Source: Candidatus Scalindua sp. (GTDB lineage Bacteria > Planctomycetota > Brocadiia > Brocadiales > Scalinduaceae). From it: 32,000 nt of DNA. Position numbers and translations under genes: made by a program. Position 1 is the first letter of the stretch. Each line of letters opens with the position of its first letter. The stretch spans positions 2,220,001-2,252,000 of the forward strand of contig JALDRA010000001.1 of assembly GCA_031316235.1 (NCBI GenBank). Direction: 5' to 3'. Below, piece by piece: positions 28,244 to 32,000 of this stretch. A model generated the notes under the pieces. That model was not told where the DNA came from. It saw only the letters and a list, made by a program, of their open reading frames with translations, and did not search any database.

Positions 28244-28536
28244 AGAATATTATAGACAATTATCTCCAGGAATTAAACAGGAATGATATTCCCATTAAAG
28301 AAGCAATCCTTTTTGGCAGCTATGCAACGGGGAATTATCAGGAATGGAGTGATATAGACATTGCTTTGGTATCTGACATATTTAGAGGCAACCTGATTGA
28401 TGATAAAGACAAAATAAGGAAGATTACGTTATATATAAGTAGCGAAATCGAGGTTTTCCCTTTTGCTCCCAGTGATTTCAATCTGCAAAATCCATTTGCA
28501 AAACAAATTTTGGAAACAGGTATAAAGATCACATAA
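28219..28536 (+). CDS. nucleotidyltransferase-domain protein (MNT-type partner of HEPN)
   Basis: 105 aa with the minimal NTase motif LFGSYATGNYQEWSDIDIALVSD (G-S-x10-D-x-D). It overlaps the HEPN ORF by 25 nt. Confidence 0.88.
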   Translation: MVQLPAKVKNIIDNYLQELNRNDIPIKEAILFGSYATGNYQEWSDIDIALVSDIFRGNLIDDKDKIRKITLYISSEIEVFPFAPSDFNLQNPFAKQILETGIKIT

Positions 28537-28554
28537 ACCATCAGATCAGAAGTC

Positions 28555-28598
28555 AACCATATTATTCTTTGCCGAGATGATTACTGAATAATATGGTT
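28555..28598. terminator. 12-bp AT-rich hairpin between convergent units
   Basis: AACCATATTATT (28555-28566) pairs with AATAATATGGTT (28587-28598) around a 20-nt loop. There is no clear U-tract, so its function is uncertain. Confidence 0.3.
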
Positions 28599-28696
28599 AA
28601 TTGGTTAGTAACGGCTTTGCTTAAATGTGAGGACTGACCCCTTTACCTTTATCATATAAACCTCCTTTTCCCCTCGGAAAAAAGTGCTGGAAAAAC

Positions 28697-28860
28697 GTGT
28701 AAGACAGGTCTCCTGGCTTTCGGATCATCCTGATTTCTGCACCTTCCCATCCGCCGGAAGCGGACAGTGGTATTTTGCAGATTTCGTCACCGATTACAGT
28801 TGCGGGGCAGCTTCCGTTAACCGAGTTTCAACTCGGCGGGGATTCCCTTATATCTCACAC
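28697..28860 (-). promoter_or_regulatory. cobalamin (B12) riboswitch aptamer
   Basis: The minus strand reads, in the consensus order: GUGUGAGA (P1) ...AAGGGAAUCC..CCGAGUUGAAACUCGG..GGAAGCUGCCCCGCAACUGUAAUCGG...ACCACUG..GGGAAGG..GAUCCGAAAGCCAGGAGACCUGUCUUACAC. This includes the GCCCCGCAACUGUAA core, the CCACUG/GGGAAGG pair and the B12 box AGCCAGGAGACCUG, closed by P1 (GUGUGAGA / UCUUACAC). Confidence 0.85.
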
Positions 28861-28865
28861 TACAA

Positions 28866-28903
28866 TAAAAAAGCCCGAGTCTTCGATGGGAAGATCCGGG
28901 CTT
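28866..28903. terminator. bidirectional intrinsic-terminator-like hairpin
   Basis: AAAAAAGCCCGAG-tcttcgatgggaagat-CCGGGCTTTATGTTATTTTT. On the minus strand the stem is followed directly by TTTTTT. On the plus strand there is an A-tract before the stem and a T-rich stretch after it. Confidence 0.55.
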
Positions 28904-29163
28904 TATGTTATTTTTATCAGGTTATAAAAAGACGTACCGCTCCTTCACCTTCTTTACCTTTTAAGGGCTTAGAACGATATAGTCCTGCCGATGTGTTAGC
29001 GCTTGGCTGGAGCACCTTGTTTGTTGAATCCAGGCAATATGATAATGCCCTCTAATGCTATAATCCTTTCCTGAAAATCCGAATATCTTAGCTACTTTTC
29101 TATAGAACATTTCTATTTTGGCTTGACAGGATGATAATTTTACATTGACTTTCAGGTATATTA

Positions 29164-29190
29164 GTGATACGTTCTGCATGAATGTGCTAC
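29164..29190. promoter_or_regulatory. candidate NikR operator 1 (upstream of nikR)
   Basis: GTGATAC-N13-GTGCTAC, 61 nt upstream of the nikR ATG. It overlaps a possible promoter (TTGACT 29145-29150). Confidence 0.4.
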
Positions 29191-29250
29191 TTTTTTGTGG
29201 CCTTGAGATATATTAAAGTTTTTTTCTAACATTTTTTGCGACCTTAACGT

Positions 29251-29670
29251 ATGGAAGATATAGTCAGGTTTGGAGTCTCAATAGACTCCAGGCTTCTAAA
29301 ACAATTTGACAGGTATATTACAGAAAAAGGTTACGAGAACAGGTCAGAAGCCATCAGGGATTTGATAAGGAATAATCTGGTTGAAAAGGAATGGAACGTC
29401 GGGACAGGAGAAACTGTCGGGACCATAACGATCATATACAACCATCATAAGCGTGAATTAACAGAGACCCTTACGAGCATTCAGCATAAGTACCATGCAT
29501 CTATGGTTTCTACGTTGCATGTACACCTTGATTCTCATAACTGCCTGGAAGTTTTAGTCGTTAAGGGAAAGGCCAGGGAGATAAAGATAATAGCCGACAG
29601 GCTTATCGGAACAAAGGGTGTAATGCATGGAAAATTAACGGCGACAACTTTGGGTAAAGACTTGAGTTAA
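29251..29670 (+). CDS. nikR: nickel-responsive transcriptional regulator NikR
   Basis: 139 aa. The N-terminal RHH is [18 protein letters not shown]...[11 protein letters not shown]. The C-terminal metal-binding domain carries the [12 protein letters not shown] (H-x-H-x5-C) nickel-site pattern. Confidence 0.92.
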   Translation: MEDIVRFGVSIDSRLLKQFDRYITEKGYENRSEAIRDLIRNNLVEKEWNVGTGETVGTITIIYNHHKRELTETLTSIQHKYHASMVSTLHVHLDSHNCLEVLVVKGKAREIKIIADRLIGTKGVMHGKLTATTLGKDLS

Positions 29671-29692
29671 ATTAAATTTTTTTCCAAGAAAA

Positions 29693-29719
29693 GTGCTACT
29701 AATATGATAATTATGACAC
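29693..29719. promoter_or_regulatory. candidate NikR operator 2 (upstream of the His-rich permease)
   Basis: GTGCTAC-N13-ATGACAC, ending 17 nt before the TTG start at 29736. Confidence 0.35.
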
Positions 29720-29735
29720 TGAAAGGATATGAAAG

Positions 29736-30452
29736 TTGCATGAATTGACCGTTATCACTATTACGGCTGCATCCATAGGTTTATTTCACACACTGCTGGG
29801 ACCTGACCACTATCTGCCATTTATTGTGATTGCCCGGGCAAGAAAGTGGTCTCTGATGAAAACGACATGTATAACCATTGTATGTGGCATAGGTCATGTT
29901 TTAAGTTCCGTAGTCTTAGGCATTATAGGCATCGCTCTGGGTATTTCCTTAAACAAGTTAGGTGCAATAGAATCATTCCGTGGCGGACTTGCAGCATGGT
30001 TACTCATAGCTTTTGGACTGGGATATTTTATCTGGGGAGTATTCATAGCACGAAAGAACCTGCCACACAAGCACTGGCATGCACATGGGGATGTAAGTAT
30101 GCCGATACACAAACACAAGCATAAACATAGTAATGACCAATTACATATACACAAAGGGGAAAAGGCAAAGAATCTCACTCCCTGGATACTCTTTACAATC
30201 TTTGTATTCGGGCCTTGTGAACCTTTAATTCCGTTAATGATATATCCGGCTGCAAAGAGCAGTATCTTTGGCCTGGTGCTGGTAACGGGCGTCTTTGGTG
30301 TAGTAACGATTGCTACAATGTTAAGTATTGTTATACTTCTATCTTTAGGCGCAAATCTTCTGCCTATAGGACGATTGGAACGTTATACTCATGCCCTGGC
30401 AGGGGCTACGATATGTATTTGCGGAGTAGCGATTAGATTTCTTGGATTATGA
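29736..30452 (+). CDS. putative nickel/cobalt permease (UreH/NicO-like) with His-rich loop
   Basis: 238 aa with about 6 TM helices. TM1 carries FHTLLGPDH (H-x5-D-H, as in Ni/Co permease signatures). The central loop is HKHWHAHGDVSMPIHKHKHKHSNDQLHIHKGE. TTG start follows AAAGGA. The exact family assignment is not certain. Confidence 0.7.
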   Translation: MHELTVITITAASIGLFHTLLGPDHYLPFIVIARARKWSLMKTTCITIVCGIGHVLSSVVLGIIGIALGISLNKLGAIESFRGGLAAWLLIAFGLGYFIWGVFIARKNLPHKHWHAHGDVSMPIHKHKHKHSNDQLHIHKGEKAKNLTPWILFTIFVFGPCEPLIPLMIYPAAKSSIFGLVLVTGVFGVVTIATMLSIVILLSLGANLLPIGRLERYTHALAGATICICGVAIRFLGL

Positions 30453-30493
30453 TTATAAAAGACTTGCCTGGTTCAAAGATTTTTTGAATTACA

Positions 30494-30520
30494 GTAGCAC
30501 GAATATAATACCAGTGCCAC
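30494..30520. promoter_or_regulatory. candidate NikR operator 3 (upstream of cbiM/nikM)
   Basis: GTAGCAC-N13-GTGCCAC. The arms are inverted repeats of each other (6/7). It lies about 70 nt upstream of the cbiM ATG. Confidence 0.4.
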
Positions 30521-30589
30521 ATGCGCTCTCCAGGAAACCTTAATCCAAATTGAGTATATTAACAAGGAATAGTATGAAAGGAACTTTTT

Positions 30590-31195
30590 ATGCACATTAG
30601 TGATGGTGTACTTTCTCCTGTTATTGTTGCCACAGGGTGGGCGGTAGCTACACCTGTTTTAGCTGTATCTGTGCGGCGATTAAGACCTGACCAAATCGGA
30701 GCCTATGGTGTGGTGGCTGCTGCTTTCTTTGCAGGATCGACAATTCATATACCTTTTGGCCCGTTTAGTATGCATCTTGTGCTGAATGGCATTGCCGGAC
30801 TTTTGCTGGGCTGGGGCGCCCTGACGGTAATAACCGTAGGACTCTTATTGCAGACATTATTAATCGGTTTTGGAGGGTTAACTGTAATGGGTGTTAATAT
30901 TGCGATTATGGCCTTGCCTGGCGCTTTAATGGGAGTGTCAGGCCGTCATTGGATAATGAAAGCTTCAAACAAAAAGCGCCCATGGATTGGTGCATTCATT
31001 GGATGCGGAACGATATTTTTCTCAGCAATTTTACTTTTTGCAGTTCTATCTACGACACATCCAGGATTGGCAACTCTTGGCAAACTTGTTTTTTTGGGGC
31101 ATATTCCTATTGCCATAGCAGAAGGAATCATCAGTTTTTGGCTTGTACATTTTTTACAAAAGGTCAAACCAACGTTACTTGGGATCTCGACATGA
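30590..31195 (+). CDS. cbiM: ECF-type Ni/Co transporter substrate-capture subunit CbiM/NikM
   Basis: 201 aa with the hallmark N-terminus MHISDGVL, multiple TM helices, and an operon context with cbiQ. Confidence 0.92.
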   Translation: MHISDGVLSPVIVATGWAVATPVLAVSVRRLRPDQIGAYGVVAAAFFAGSTIHIPFGPFSMHLVLNGIAGLLLGWGALTVITVGLLLQTLLIGFGGLTVMGVNIAIMALPGALMGVSGRHWIMKASNKKRPWIGAFIGCGTIFFSAILLFAVLSTTHPGLATLGKLVFLGHIPIAIAEGIISFWLVHFLQKVKPTLLGIST

Positions 31196-31614
31196 AAATT
31201 TATTTTATCGTATTTGTTTTTTGTTTCCTCTTTTTATTGTCTTCATCAGCAAGCGCTCATGGGCTTTATATTTCTTCAAAAGATGGACAATTACATGCAT
31301 ATTTCAACAGTGGTTCTCCTGCTTCCAATGCCATTGTCAAAATTGTGGATGATAGCGGCCTTGTAATTCTTAATGATAATATGGATGAGAATGGAAATTG
31401 GTCATTGCCTGATAAGTTTGACTATCCTCCTCATTTGATTGTTGTAGAAACACCCGGTGGGCATCGTACTCAGATAATATGGCAGAAAGCGATAGAGAAT
31501 ACCAGGCATGGAGTTTTTGATTCTCTCATTGTTCAGCTTATATTAGGGATTTCTGTCCTTGTAGGCAGTGGTTTTGGCATAAAATGCCTAATCAGTCCGA
31601 AATCTAAATTTTGA
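31192..31614 (+). CDS. small accessory membrane/periplasmic protein in the CbiN/NikN/NikL position
   Basis: The ATG overlaps the cbiM stop (ATGA). 140 aa: signal/TM MKIYFIVFVFCFLFLLSSSASA followed by HG..., a beta-rich ~95-aa domain (AIVKIVDDSGLVILNDNMDENGNWSL), and a C-terminal TM (LIVQLILGISVLVGSGFGI). The ORF track's longer 30949 start lies inside cbiM in another frame. Confidence 0.7.
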   Translation: MKIYFIVFVFCFLFLLSSSASAHGLYISSKDGQLHAYFNSGSPASNAIVKIVDDSGLVILNDNMDENGNWSLPDKFDYPPHLIVVETPGGHRTQIIWQKAIENTRHGVFDSLIVQLILGISVLVGSGFGIKCLISPKSKF

Positions 31615-31622
31615 AATCTATA

Positions 31623-32000
31623 ATGACTATTTCTCCTCCTTCAACACGCATAGGTACAGTATTTATTTTGTTAGTTTTGATTGGGTTGAGTTTATTGAAT
31701 AATCTATTTTGTCTACTAATTTGTTTATCGATTATTTGTCTATTAGGAGGGCTTCTAGTCAGGAATGCCTTTATAACAACAGTACGACACGCTACCGGAG
31801 TATGGATTTTTTTTGTATTAACAGGCATAAGTTTACTTTGGACGGAGGAGGGCCGTTATCTTGCTCCTGTCTTGTTAATCAAGATGTTGTCTATGTGGTT
31901 GTGGATCGTGATATGGATTAAGTGGGTTGATTTCGAACGTATACTGTCAACTCTGGAAAGATTAGGAATACCTTCAACCCTGGTACATATTATAGCTTTT
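31623..32000 (+). CDS. cbiQ: ECF transporter T component CbiQ/NikQ (5' part, continues beyond the window)
   Basis: The frame is open from ATG 31623 to the window end. It is not in the ORF track because no stop falls within the window. The 126 aa seen are polytopic and hydrophobic (…FVLTGISLLW…MLSMWLWIVIWIKWVDFERILSTLERLGIPSTLVHIIAF), typical of CbiQ and of the operon position. Confidence 0.8.
   Translation, partial: MTISPPSTRIGTVFILLVLIGLSLLNNLFCLLICLSIICLLGGLLVRNAFITTVRHATGVWIFFVLTGISLLWTEEGRYLAPVLLIKMLSMWLWIVIWIKWVDFERILSTLERLGIPSTLVHIIAF

Noticed and set aside
28684-29055. 123-aa + strand ORF.
   Set aside because: It runs antisense through the cobalamin riboswitch and the terminator hairpin. 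The sequence is typical of a spurious translation of structured RNA.
30949-31191. N-terminal extension of the 221-aa ORF 30949..31614.
   Set aside because: The extension overlaps cbiM in a different frame. A signal-peptide-like start at ATG 31192, coupled to the cbiM stop, is the sensible gene start.

Overview
This 32-kb chromosomal window is about 42% GC by eye and is almost entirely transcribed on the + strand. Most of it is housekeeping.

Gene content in order:
- hemL.
- A complete F1Fo ATP synthase operon: a small AtpZ-like gene, atpI, then atpB-E-F-H-A-G-D-C.
- tsaB on the - strand.
- An MBL-fold hydrolase and an atypical SDR.
- A VWA / thrombospondin-type-3 / OmpA lipoprotein carrying three near-identical 111-bp tandem repeats.
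- A hybrid PAS histidine kinase.
- A ~1.2-kb gene-poor stretch holding only a small RHH-like ORF (-), followed by a peptidoglycan amidase (-).
- priA, guaB, a PEGA lipoprotein, a TehB-like methyltransferase, a PcrA/UvrD helicase and a NifS-like protein.
- A small accessory islet: a palindromic repeat, a HEPN/nucleotidyltransferase pair and a cobalamin riboswitch on the - strand.
- A NikR-headed nickel/cobalt uptake cluster (His-rich permease, CbiM/NikM, small accessory protein, CbiQ) that runs off the window end.

The gene style would fit a Planctomycetota (anammox-like) genome, but that is a guess I cannot verify here. I saw no rRNA, tRNA, CRISPR array or intact transposase.

I did not find a convincing novel multi-gene protein system. 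The most unusual signals are:
1. A promoter-driven, heavily base-paired non-coding region at 16.47-17.04 kb, next to an orphan RHH gene.
2. An apparently orphan cobalamin riboswitch pointing antisense into the HEPN/MNT cassette.
3. A ~125-148 bp palindromic element present three times, each immediately after a stop codon.
4. Three enzyme homologues with substituted catalytic residues: NifS-like Lys->Gln, SDR YxxxK->YxxxQ, and a receiver domain Asp->Ser.
5. A short epsilon subunit with a non-AUG start, and unusually long structured spacers inside the atp operon.
6. Three 7-N13-7 candidate NikR operators.
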